From Klebsormidium nitens (lineage: Eukaryota; Plantae; Klebsormidiophyceae): 64,000 nt of DNA. The translations under genes and the position numbers were made by a program. The number at the start of each line of letters is the position of its first letter. Within the stretch, counting starts at the first letter, position 1. The DNA is taken from contig DF237206.1 of assembly GCA_000708835.1 (NCBI GenBank), forward strand, positions 1 through 64,000, written 5' to 3'. A model generated the notes under the pieces. That model did no database searches. It was not told the DNA's origin and saw only the letters and a list, made by a program, of their open reading frames with translations. Shown here piece after piece: positions 10,458 to 21,576 of this stretch.

Positions 10458-13400
10458 GTTACGCACTCCAGACGCCATGCCCCCATCCGCTGTGCCGTCC
10501 AGTCCGACCAATCCCCCAGCACTTTCCAAGAGCGCTACGGCGCCGACACGTCCGAAAGCAGAACCAGCACTTCCGACGCCAGCGACCGCTGGGGCAAGGG
10601 TACTCGTTTCTATGTTCCTGAAAGACCCCCCTTAGACCTAACCAAAATGCATGGTTTCATGCCCCGGTTGGGGTTAGAGGGCGGGCACGAGTTTCCGGGG
10701 GGGGTGATGAAGAAGAAAAAGCAAAAGGGGCTGAGCGATCAGCAGCGGAGGGCAAGGAGGAGGGAGACGAGGGCAAAGAATGTGGCGGACCGGAGGAGGG
10801 AAACGCAAATGCTGCCACCGCCGCCAGAGTTTACTGACGAGGAAAAGGAGCGGGTGCGCGAGGCTGCACGTAAGTATTTGCTGTAACGCACCTCCAGTCC
10901 TTAAACTGGTTCCCGATTTTGAGTTTGGATTTGCAGTGCTGGGTGCGAGGGACCATATCACTGGATGTGAGACGTTGCCTCAGCTAAGGTTGACACTTGG
11001 GTATGCTCATAGCAAGGTTTGGGTACAAGAAGGAGACCGATCGCTTGGTTGCTCTCGGCGCGTCGTTGGAAGTGCTAGATATGTTGCAGTCATGGCACTA
11101 GGGAGGCAAGATTATGGCGTGTCATACATTTTCATCCAGCGCAACTGTTGTCCTGACCATCCCTCTCAAAACCCACAGAGATGGTGGTCAAGGGCATGGT
11201 TACAGTGTGGCGGTACCTCCCCGTCCTGCTGTACTAAAATACAAAAAAATATAAAGTAAGAAAATAACATACTCTTCACTCTCACCTTATAAAGGTCGCT
11301 TATAGTAACAAGGCAATCTTCTGTAAACCATCTTTCAACCCTCCTAACCCTCCGCAGAGATGGTGGTCAAGGGCATGGTCATCGTGTGGCAGTACCTGCC
11401 CGTCCTGCTGTACCACCTCCCCGTCCAGGTCTGCCGCCACTGCACCGAGCTCCACGTTGGCCCCAACGGTCACTCCGTTCGCTCCTGCCGTGGGATTGGC
11501 AGCGAAGCGCGTCAAGCGGCCCACGAGTGGAGACGAGCGCGATTCGAAGACATTCTCCCGATCTCGGAGGCGTTTCATTTGTGGCGGAGGGACGCACCGC
11601 CGCCGTCGCATAAGCTCCAGGCGCAGTGGGGGCGCGTGCCGGCAGTCATGGAGCTGTGCTTCCAGGTGGGGCTGGCGGCAGTCTGAGATTCTGTGGTGTT
11701 GATATGCAGATTGATAGGCCTTATGCCAATCTGTAAAAACAATCAGCTAAAAGAATGCATGTAAAACAAAGAGACGTGTTTTTGAGCCGTTATTTCATAA
11801 TTGATTTGGATTTAGGGGAGTTTCCAGTGCTGAGGGAGTCGAGCCACAAGGAATGGATTCATTTCTCAGACTGAAGGTATGATTTTAGGGTTTGTTTGGA
11901 ACAGGCTTCAAAACGGATGCGAAACTGACCTTCCGGGAGCCGGGCTTGGGTATGTTCGTCTGACTGCAGAGCGTTAGAGCAGCGTATTGTCCGCAGCTTG
12001 AGAGGCAGCTGTTGCTACTCTGCCCTCGCATGTCGCAGGATTCAGTTATCGAGTCCCCGTGCCCTTCATGTGGAAGGACGGATCCTGACGCTCTGGCTCT
12101 GGATACCAGCCGCTCAAACGGTGTTTCTTTTGACTTAAACGAGTCCAACCTTTGCTGATTAGCTGGCACGACTGCTTTCCCCGCCTTTTACTCGGTTCCT
12201 TTTACCAGGTCTCCAACCCCTCTCTTTTTCGCCCCTTCGCCAGGCTGGAGCGGACGTTCCAGGTCTTGTCTCCTCGGCAGTCGAACAAGCAACCGGCCTC
12301 CATCCAACAACCCGGTTGAAGATACTCGGCATCTCAAAACGCGCCTTAGAACGCCCCGAGTCGGAGAACGATGTCGTCGCATACCCGAACGACGCGGTCG
12401 AGGTGATAAACGAGGCGCGGGAGGTTTTGGGTTTTCCGGAGGAGCGCCCACCGGGGCCGCACGACGACGTGCAGAAGGTGAAGCGGAAACCGAAGCTGTC
12501 GTTCATGCTGGATGAGTTTCGGTACCTGGTTAAGGGGGACGTGGAGAAGCAGAGGGAGAAGGACCGGGCGCGTTTGTCGGACCCCGAGTTTTTGAGGCGG
12601 CTAGAGGCGGCGAAACGGGCCGGGGGGGAACTGGAAAGGGAGATTGATGGGGGGGAGAACGGTAGCCCCCGGATGGGGGGTGCAATTGAGGGCGAAACTG
12701 AGGGGGGGGGTTTTGGTGAGTTGGAACATTCGCGTCGCGATGGAGAATTCGATGGCGATGAGGCGGGTACGTCTGGTAAGACGCGACGCTTTTGGCAGGA
12801 GACCGAGGAGGAACGGGTTTGGAGGCTGGTTAGCGAGCGGGTTAAGAACGAGCAGAGGTCGTATCTGGCGCAACTGGCGGGGTTTGAGGGCGAAGATGGT
12901 TTGGGTCAGGACGGGGAGGGTTTGGATGACGACTCTGCATCTGAGGAGGAGGAGGGAGGGGAGGAAAGCGCTGACGTGGTTTCGGCTGAGCGGACGTCAG
13001 ACGGCGGCGAAGTTTCGAACCATTACGGGGAAGATTCGGACGGAGACTTGGACGGGGGAGATTGGAACGGCGATGCTGTGGGCGGGAAGGATTCGGACGG
13101 GGAAAATCTAGGCGGGGAGAATTCGGACGATGAAGATTCAGACGACGATTTTTCGGACTACGACGACGAGGAGTTGGAAGCCGAGCGGGCGTACACGTTG
13201 CATCATTCCGCCGAGCTAGAAACTAGTCGGAACTCGCTTCCGGCAGATGTGGCGAGCAGCGGTGCCGCCACCTCCGTGTCGGAAAGCACGAGCGGAGCCT
13301 CGCCTGGGCCCTCGAACGCCGCCGACGTCAGCAAGCCCTCTCCTTCGCTCGGCGTCGGCGAGGGCGGATCCCACGACGGCTCCCAGGAGGGGGATCCCTC

Positions 13401-16039
13401 AAGTAGCCAGCAGGAGGGGAATCCCCCGACCGGCCCGCTCGTCAGCCGGATTGCCTGGCGCAAGTCCCCGGAGCGTCGCGCGCTGCGGCGGGCGCGGCGG
13501 GCGGCCCGGGAGAAGGTATATGCCGAGACGGTGCAGGGGTCGCTGTCGTTGCGCCAGGTGGCGGAGAACGTGCTGCTCGCGCGGCAGGTCGTGGTGGACA
13601 ATCTGCCGGAGATACTGCAGTGGTACGACGCGCTTGGGTGAGTGGGCGAGTCTGATCCTGGGAAGTAACCCACGGTTTTCTGCTGGGTTGAGTCTCGTGT
13701 CCTGCATCCCTCGTCTGCCCTATGACACCCGGGCTCCCATTCTTGAGTTTGCGCACTGAAATGCAATCAGCTCCTTGGATGTTGCAGCTGACCTTTTTCC
13801 GGAGGAGCCCACGTTGGGTCCCAACGCAAAGGCAGAAGTGACAAGCACCCTGAGGTGGATTTGACGTAAACAGCACTATCTCTAACCCCCCTACACTTCT
13901 TTACGAAGTCAAACCAAGCGCTTGAATCCACCTTCACCCGAAAGTGCTTACTTGCCCATCGGCCTGTGCGTCCATTGCATCCACGAAAGGGCCGCAGCAC
14001 TCGGCCCGCAGATGCGTAGAACCATTGAGTGCATCACCCGAGGCAAACCCCTCACCTCTGCCTAATTACAGTTTTCTAACTCTTCTCCTGAAAGGTGCCG
14101 CTTCTGCTCGGCCCCTGGTGCCCCCCTGCGGAAACCAACAGCACCCAATAATTGTTATACAGCATTGTCCTCAACCCTAACCAAACCCCTAACCACTTTC
14201 GTAACCCTGCTTCTGACAGGTGTCGCTTCTGCTCCGAGGTTCACGTCGGTCCGAGGGGGCACCGCGTGCGCACCTGCCGGGGTCGGCAGCACCCCCATAG
14301 AAAGGGCGCCCACGACTGGCGGCCCGCCGGCCAGGACGAGCTTTTTCCCCCCCTGGAAACGTACCACATGGACGATGTGAATGCGCTCCCCCCGCAGCAC
14401 CTGGAGATCTACCCCCTGAAAGAGTTCGATCCGGAGGGAAACTTTTTGTTTCGGCATGAGCCGGAGCGCAAGTGGACGCGGTGGCCTGTGATTGTGGAGA
14501 TGTGCGTGCAGGTATGTTGGGACGGCTGGGATTAACTCGATTTTTGGATCTGTTGTCTGTATCAAGGTTGTTTCGACTGGGTTTTGGCTGCGCTTAGGTC
14601 ACTTGATGTGGGTCCTTTGTATGATCAGGTTGATGGTTGGGTGTCCTTGTTCAGATGCGCGTGCAGACATGGCCGGCGATTGAATCAACGAGTAAGGGGA
14701 TTTGAATGTTTGGGGACTGTGGTGTTAAGGGGTGAGGGAAAGGAAGCTGCTCCACTCAGCTGTTATCAAGGCAACCAAACTCGTCGAGTATCATGCTCTT
14801 CAATCCGCATCCGAACTCACAGGCGGGGGCGCAGGGCCGCAGGCCCTCCGCGACTTCGTATAGCGAGTAAAGGCGCACGATTTAGATCCGCGAACAGCCG
14901 ATCTTTGATACGTCCACTCCAAGGATCACCCGTTCGCGCCAGGACTTCGGTGGCCGGAGACAACCAGTCCTGATTAATTCTGCAGGCGGGCGCGCAGGCC
15001 GCCCTGAGGGAGTCCTCTTGGCAAGATGCAATCTTATCCGTCCGTTGGGCGACTGTACCTTCGATCTGGACTTTGTGGGCCGGACAAACTTTCCGATAAC
15101 TTCGAATTGCAGGCGGGCGCGCAGGCTCTTGGGGAGTACTTGGAGCGAACCAACGACTTTCGACGCACGCCTTTTGTCGAAGTCGCAGTCTCGATCAATA
15201 ATGTTTAGCCAGGACTTCGTTAGCCGGAAAAGTCATTCGGCCGCTAAATCCTAAAGCCCTCTCATTTGCAGGCGGGTGCGCAAGCCCCGGAGGAGTTTCT
15301 GGAGCGCACCAACGAGTTTGAGCGCATGTACATCGAGCAAGGGAAGGTGATGCACCGGGACCAGTTCACACAGCTCTACAACATGCTGGGGTACGAGGCG
15401 CCCCACGGAGACGACGCGTGGTCCGAGGACGGGCCCAAGAATGTGAGTAAGCCCGCTTACGTCATCCCGGGGCGGGAGATGCCAAGCCGGCTGGGAGGCA
15501 CGCGACACATCAGAAAGGAGGGGGCGACGTTCGAGTACCAGGTTGTAGACCGGTGGGTTAGGGCCGGGTTAAGGTACGACGACTATGAGGGGTTGGAGGA
15601 GGTTAGCGGGGAAGGTTTGGAAAGGGTTAGTGTTGACGGGGCGGGGGTGAGAGCAGAGAGAGAAGATCCGAAGGTGCTCGTGTATAACGGGATTGAGTTG
15701 CAGGCGAAGCGGGACGGGTTGCGGCAGGTGCCGCGGACGAACATCATCCGATTGATGGAGAGAATCAAGGCGGAGAAAGAGGTGGGGGCGGAAAACGGAA
15801 CGGAGGCGGGCGAGACTGCTAATGGTTTGGTGGGAGAAGCGCTTTCGGAAGTCGGTAGCGACGAGAGCGGTCCAAGAAGTGACGTTCCGCTCGAAAGGTT
15901 AGAAGCAGGTGTTATGGGCAGGGAAAGTCGATCAAACGGTGCCGGTGGGAATGGAGGGCTTGAGATGTCGAGATCAGCTGAGCAGTCGGCTGACAATCGC
16001 AGCACAGACAGACAAACTGCACTTGAAAGTGCCGGTTGA
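10458..16039 (+). CDS. APO: APO-family (ACCUMULATION OF PHOTOSYSTEM ONE) organellar RNA-binding / group II intron splicing factor with two APO domains; multi-exon, first exon not located
   Basis: Predicted exons 10458-10868, 11358-11665, 12244-13637, 14220-14511, 15272-16039 join in frame. APO motifs CRHCTELHVGPNGHSVRSC..HEW..EAFHL..PAVMELCFQ|AG and CRFCSEVHVGPRGHRVRTC..HDW..ETYHM..PVIVEMCVQ|AG. PIRCAVQS resembles a transit-peptide cleavage region. Confidence 0.88.
11164..11237 (+). repeat. Intronic diverged copy of the 3' splice site and first 56 nt of APO exon 11358
   Basis: 51/56 exon nt identical, offset 179 nt, ends in TAA. Confidence 0.93.
14940..15330 (+). repeat. Three degenerate tandem units, each containing a TGCAG|GCGGG(C/T)GCGCA acceptor; the third is the real APO exon start
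   Basis: AG at 14984-85, 15111-12, 15270-71; shared upstream motif (C/T)(A/T)GGACTT.G..(G/A)GCCGGA in each unit. Confidence 0.9.
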
Positions 16040-17742
16040 GCTATAGGACAGGAGCGGACAGCCCAAGAATTGAACATTTTTGCACGCCATTTGTTTCTGT
16101 CCAAGAACGAAGCATCTTGAGTTAATTGAGCAGCCTGCAGTTCTACAGCCGTCAAAGGAGGAGAGGGTGCTGGCTCGGACCCCGGATCTGAGTTGAAGTG
16201 CTTCAAGAAGCGATTGGCATGCCTGGATGTAGCACTTTCGGCATGGTGTCTCGCAAGTGCGATCGAACACTGGAATCGTGAATGCATTGAAGTCCCACTC
16301 TGAGTCGGATATATGGCTACGGCGTCGGATTTCTCGAAGCTTAGGTTACACAATGTAAATGGCTGATTTCGTCCATATGCCATGCATAGGATCGACGGCA
16401 CAGGTCATACGCAACTGGTTCCAACGTGCCTAGGTTGGAGACAGCGATATCAGAGGGACGTGCATAGGTTGACTGACGAGCTGACCTTGTGAACCCAATC
16501 GAGTTGAGTCATACAGTGCTTACGATCAAGATCTTTTGTTACTCTTGCAAGCCATACTTTGATGACGTCTTGGCAGAGAAACCGACTTCCGCTCAGCCTG
16601 TCACTGCCAGCCGCCCAAATGGCCTGTACGAGCCATACGTGGACCGATGAAGCCCCTGGTCGAGTTTCTCGAGGACGATTAACTTACCTACTAAGAGACC
16701 AGCAAGCAAACTGTTCCTCTGCTTGTGATTTGCGTCCGCTTGGCCCTAAAGCAGCAGTCACCACGCAGCTCCGGAAATTGGACCATTCAATCTGTCAGGT
16801 ATTGATGATAGGATCAAATCCATTGATCCTTTAGATGTAAGCGCGTGCGCGGCGGCTCGATATCTACCGTAGTAGAGAAGTCCTTTTGCTCAATACAACG
16901 CGGCGACTCGAACAAGGAGAGGATTCTGCGACCCATGCCAATAACTGCTCTATTGCTTGGCTGACGAGACTTGATGAATCTGCAGCGTTGACTCTTGGAG
17001 ACCCGATATTTGACGAAGCGATCGGTAAACGACAAACGGATAAGACAACCATGTACATGCAAACACAGTCAGCAAGGAAACCTGACCCTGTTCGTCCACC
17101 CGAAAGCTAAGCCAAAGCAGATTGCTAGGATTGCATTCCTCGACACGTCCGTTTGTCAAGCAACTTGAGATCCAATGCATCCAGTATTCTTTGTCTTGAG
17201 CACATCACACGTCATATGCATCCATACAAGAGAGTCGTGCATGATTGGATCGCAACAAGGCCCCCATCATATGCACATCACGAATCAAGATCGCCATTCA
17301 TGGCGACATGAGACAAAAGCTGCCGTACTTACTACATTATGCATGCACTCTGGTCTCGATACCGCTTATAGATGTATCATAGTCTCTTTCACCAATGTGT
17401 CTGATTGAGCAAAGTATTAAGCCGGCGCGCGGCCCTCAAAAGAAGAATCAATGGTCAGCTCTGCTTCTAGCGAACGATTCTGCATACCAGACTTGCACCT
17501 TCGAGAAGCTGATTGGACAAGTAATTTTGTCGCATTCTCCCGCAGGCCGCATTTGCTTCTTCGGCCTGGCGCGCGTGGTCTTTCCTTTGAATGAGGAGAA
17601 CTGCTCAATTGGCTGACTCTGCAGAAAGCAGCACTGCAACCTGTCCTCAACCGTATTCTGCATCCAAAACCGCACACTCATACCCACATTACACCTTCTA
17701 CATCAGCACCACTCTTCCCCAGCACCCGCAGAGGAACCCAGG

Positions 17743-17752
17743 CCTATAAAAG
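17743..17752 (+). promoter_or_regulatory. TATA-box candidate (CTATAAAAG) for the secreted charged protein gene
   Basis: Canonical TATAAAAG about 160 nt upstream of ATG 17907. Confidence 0.5.
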
Positions 17753-17906
17753 AAGGCCCCAGCAGCTTCGAGTATTCATTCCGAGCTCGTTTGGTCCAGC
17801 GATCTCCCTAGTTGTCTTGAGCAAGCTTTCTCTGTTCCTTTCAGCTCCCCTTCCGGGAGGTTTCCTTCCCTTTCCTGCCATCGGAGTTCTGCGAAGGGCG
17901 ACCAAG

Positions 17907-20900
17907 ATGGCGAAAATCAAGGTGGCGGTCGCCCTCCTGGGGCTGCTCATGGCGTCCTGCCTGGCGGTCCAGGTGGGTCTCCATTTGTGTTTCCTTCTTC
18001 TTTTGCACTTCAATTTCGACTTTCTGGAGAGTTTTGCTGCTGCACTTGTCGGGTTGTCCTTGTTGCTATGGATTAACATATCCGGTACTTGGCAGAAGTT
18101 GAAGCCTTCAATTTGCTTGGCGAGTCTTGGCGGCAAGGCTCTTCTTCGTAACTGAGTTGAGGAACTTCTGAGAAGAGAGGTTGAGAGTAGAGGAGACTGC
18201 TTGCAGCCGGTCTTAACAAAAGCTTTGATCCTGGAATGTCCACGAAGCGCACGTAGAAGAATTGTAGAGCAATCGGGGGCCACTCGCATTGTGAGTGGTC
18301 CGACAGCAACCAGTCTGTGGGGATGCGCTGAACCGTTTGTTTCCTTAATGACTGGGGGTTTGGTGGACGCTTCGCAAGGACAGTAATGCTAATCACGAAG
18401 GTTTGTTGCGCTGCAGGTCTTTGCCGACGCGTGGACCGCGGCCGGCGAGGAAGAGACCAGGCGTAAGTGAAAGCAGAACTCTCTGTTGCACATTGTTTGC
18501 CTCGTCATTGTTATCCCTTGGGTTTGCCACATACGCTGAGAGGCCCCCGTAAGCTTCTCCTATGCTTCGATGGACGTCCAAAGCATTCCGCTGAGTTCCA
18601 GAAATTTGTGCTGCACATTGCTTGCCTCGTCGTAAGTAATTCCTGGGATTTGCCACTTTGATGAAAGCCCTCCACGAGACATTTTGTGCTTCAATGAACA
18701 TTAGAAGCGTTTTTGATGGTTCTTATGCGGGCTAACCTGCCCCGGGAGAAACGAAGAGCTTATCCTTCGTTATCCCTTCGTTAGCGGGTCCAAGAATGAG
18801 GGGAACGGTTGTTTGGAAGCAGGAAAGACTGCTGCTTTTGTGGTTCGTAAGAGCCCTTCACTGATTCTCAGGGTTTCTTCTGGCTGCAGCTTCCTTGGGC
18901 GATGTGTTTGAAGAGGACCTCGGTGAGCAACTGGACCGTTCGGAAGTTCTTTTCTTGCTGCTGTTGGAATGTCACAGTGGTCGGCGAAGGAATTCGCTCT
19001 GGGTTCTCAAGCAACTGCTTCGTCTCCGCTGCCTTGAGGTAGACATTCTATTCCGCCTCTGATATCCTGTCTCCATACAATCATGAGTAGCGTTGTACGT
19101 TCTTCCGTATCTATCTTTCAAATTCCAAACGTGACGTGACGTTGAGCTGTGACTGTTTTGTAACCGGATATGCTTCCTTTCGCCGACCTTTGAGTTTGTC
19201 CCTGCAGTCGAGGGTGCCCACAGGGACCTGCTGTGGGAGAAGCGCGGCAAGGAGAATGAGCGCTACAAGAAGAAGGACCGTCACGACGACAAGAAGGACC
19301 GCTACGACGACAAGAAGGACCGCTACGAAGACAAGAAGGACCGCTACGATGACAACAAGGACCGCAAGAACAAGAGGCGCGGTAAGGATTGCTTCACCTG
19401 TATCTGGATTATATGTCCTCAACTGCAGCTTGAAGCAAGTAACATTTTTTGAGGATGGATTGTTATTGCTTCCCAGTTCTTGGCGTTGTACTGGGTGTGG
19501 TGTCTGTGGCTATTCGCCTTGTATCTCCAGCACGTGCGAGCCTGGTATCATCTCCCTGCAAAACTCCTAAGTCCCCCCGGCATTGAACTGCTTTATTTCA
19601 ACCTATTCTACTGCGTGCATCTTGGAGAATTCAATCCAGAGCCAATGCGTGCATCTTGGAGAATTCAATCCAGAGCCAAATAAGCAGGAAAATCGATTTC
19701 TCTGTCTTCTGCTGCGTGCATCTTGGCAGATCTGAAGCCAAATAGTTCGGGATTTATATCGCTACCACTCAGCATTTCACCTGATGTCTTCCTTCCCTCG
19801 CATACAGACGACGGCAAAGACGGCAGACATCTTCTGTCAGAGAGGAAGGAGCACGAAGAGAAGAGCAGCTACGACAACAAGGAGAACCGCTACGACAACA
19901 ACAAGGACCGCAACGAGAACAAGGACCGCAAGGAGAAGAGGCGCGGTAAGATTTCCCACCTGTATCTCTCATATCATCAGCTGCAACATCAAGCCGGTGA
20001 CGATTACCTGCAGGTTGGCTTTGTACAGGTTGTGGCATCTGTGTTTATGCTTCGACTCAGTCGATTGATCGTGATCCTCGTCATTTAGCAGACTCGTGTC
20101 CAGCCCGATCTGCGGATGTGGAATCTTCATTCTCTGCAAACTCCCCCCCTGATTCGAATTTTGGAATTGTGATTCTCAATGAAGTCCTCGACCTTTACAC
20201 AGCTTATCTCATCAATGAGAGTCCTCGACCTACATTGACCTTATTTATCTAGCACTCTGTCTCTGCGGGTAACCTTTCGAACGTCAAAAGTCAGACAAGC
20301 AAGAAAGCCATTCTCGTCGCCACTTTATCTCCAAAGGGATTATCTCCCTCTCCTTCACTTACAGAGAAGCGCTACGGAAATGAGGACCGCAAGGAGAACC
20401 GTGACGAGAACAAGGACCGCGAGGAGAAGAAGTACCGCCCCGAGAAGAAGCGCGATGAGAAGAAGAAGCGCGGTATGGCAGCCTAGCAGTCCTTAGAATC
20501 ATGTCTAGGATTTGCCTTGTCTGAGGCTTTCACTCGAAGGGACTAAGACTTCTGATCTAGCCTTTGGATCTGGCTGTCGCCCGCTTTAATCCTTGATGCC
20601 TCGGATTGTACACCTTAAGAAATCTTCCGGGGGTTTGCTGCTTCCACTCTGCTCAATTGACCTCGGTACTGAACTGGCCTGCTCACCTGGATATTATTTT
20701 ATGTCTAGAAACTAAGCTGCACAAGTTGACCGCTTCACCCAGCTCACTGTCTTTCTGCTACTCTTTTCAAGTATTGTAGTCATTTGCTCTTGTAACTCAA
20801 TGATCTCTTTCCTTACATGCAGACAACGAGGGCAGACACCTGCTGGGGGAGGAGTATAAATACCGCGAGGAGAAGAACGGCTACGACGACAAGAATCGCG

Positions 20901-21014
20901 ACGGGAAGAAGCGCGACGGAAACAAGGAGCGCGACGGGAAGAAGCGCCACGAAAACAAGGAGCGCGACGGGAAGAAGCGCAACGAGAACAAGAAACGTGA
21001 CGACAAGAGGCGCC
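17907..21014 (+). CDS. Secreted, highly charged (K/R/D/E/N/Y) repetitive protein or peptide precursor; terminal exon unresolved
   Basis: Exons 17907-17972 (signal peptide MAKIKVAVALLGLLMASCLAVQ), 18417-18462, 18890-18922, 19208-19381, 19808-19945, 20365-20472, 20823-21014 with canonical GT-AG. The last five are phase 1-1 and in frame. Repeats such as KKDRYDD and KERDGKKR. Confidence 0.8.
19612..19745. repeat. Intronic 34-bp tandem duplication plus a partial third copy
   Basis: TGCGTGCATCTTGGAGAATTCAATCCAGAGCCAA x2 (19612-19679); partial copy at 19712-19745. Confidence 0.95.
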
Positions 21015-21047
21015 GTAAGCACTTGGTCCTTCTGTAGTGCAACTGTC

Positions 21048-21113
21048 TTTCTCTTACTTGGTTCTGAGTATCAAACCGGATTTCTCTTACTTGGTTCTGA
21101 GTATCAAACCGGA
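21048..21113. repeat. Perfect 33-bp tandem duplication
   Basis: TTTCTCTTACTTGGTTCTGAGTATCAAACCGGA x2. Confidence 0.97.
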
Positions 21114-21502
21114 CATGGTTTTCAGGTAATTGTCTGACCATGGTGATTGCTCTTTATCCAGTCCGCAGTTGGAGATGCGGTTGTTTTCAACTGCCAGAGA
21201 CTTAGCGCTCAACGAATTTAGCAAATTGGACTTGATGCAATTGCCACCTGCGCGTCAACCGATATTTGCTCGCTTTGGCCTACGCATATGCACGCAATTG
21301 ACCAGAAACGAATGTCTTCCTTGCAGCGAGGAAGGATGGCAAGCACTTTGCTTAAGCCGTTCTGGTCACAAAACAGAGGTGAGGTAAACAAAATGAAGGC
21401 TTGCCTTCAGCCGTGATGTTAACCCTACTCTTACACAGCTTGCACTTTTCCCGCTTCTTTTCGGATCAGCAATTGGTATACCGTTGTGCACTTTCCTCAG
21501 AA

Positions 21503-21576
21503 CCTTCGTTCCTGGCACCGTTTTCGCAACCGACGCTTGCCTTCGTTCCTGGCATCATTTTCGGAACCGACACTTG
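21503..21576. repeat. Imperfect 37-bp tandem duplication
   Basis: CCTTCGTTCCTGGCA..(A/G)TTTTCG.AACCGAC.CTTG x2. Confidence 0.93.

Noticed and set aside
12159-13876. Many 70-190 aa overlapping ORFs in GC-rich exons (also in the TBC and CHX exons)
   Set aside because: Expected alternative-frame or antisense shadows of GC-rich coding sequence.
14170-14200. CCCTAA-like motifs (also near 11340 and 24940-25095) suggesting interstitial telomeric repeats
   Set aside because: Short, degenerate and located at branch-point positions (CTAAC) of introns; not tandem telomere arrays.
19260-21010. Regular short repeats resembling a CRISPR-like array
   Set aside because: They are codon-phased coding repeats inside exons of a eukaryotic gene, with no constant repeat/unique spacer structure.
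19111-21141. Hydrophobic antisense ORFs (e.g. 19111-19422 VLVVIVAVLL..., 20813-21022)
   Set aside because: Reverse-complement shadows of the K/D/R repeat exons, not membrane proteins.
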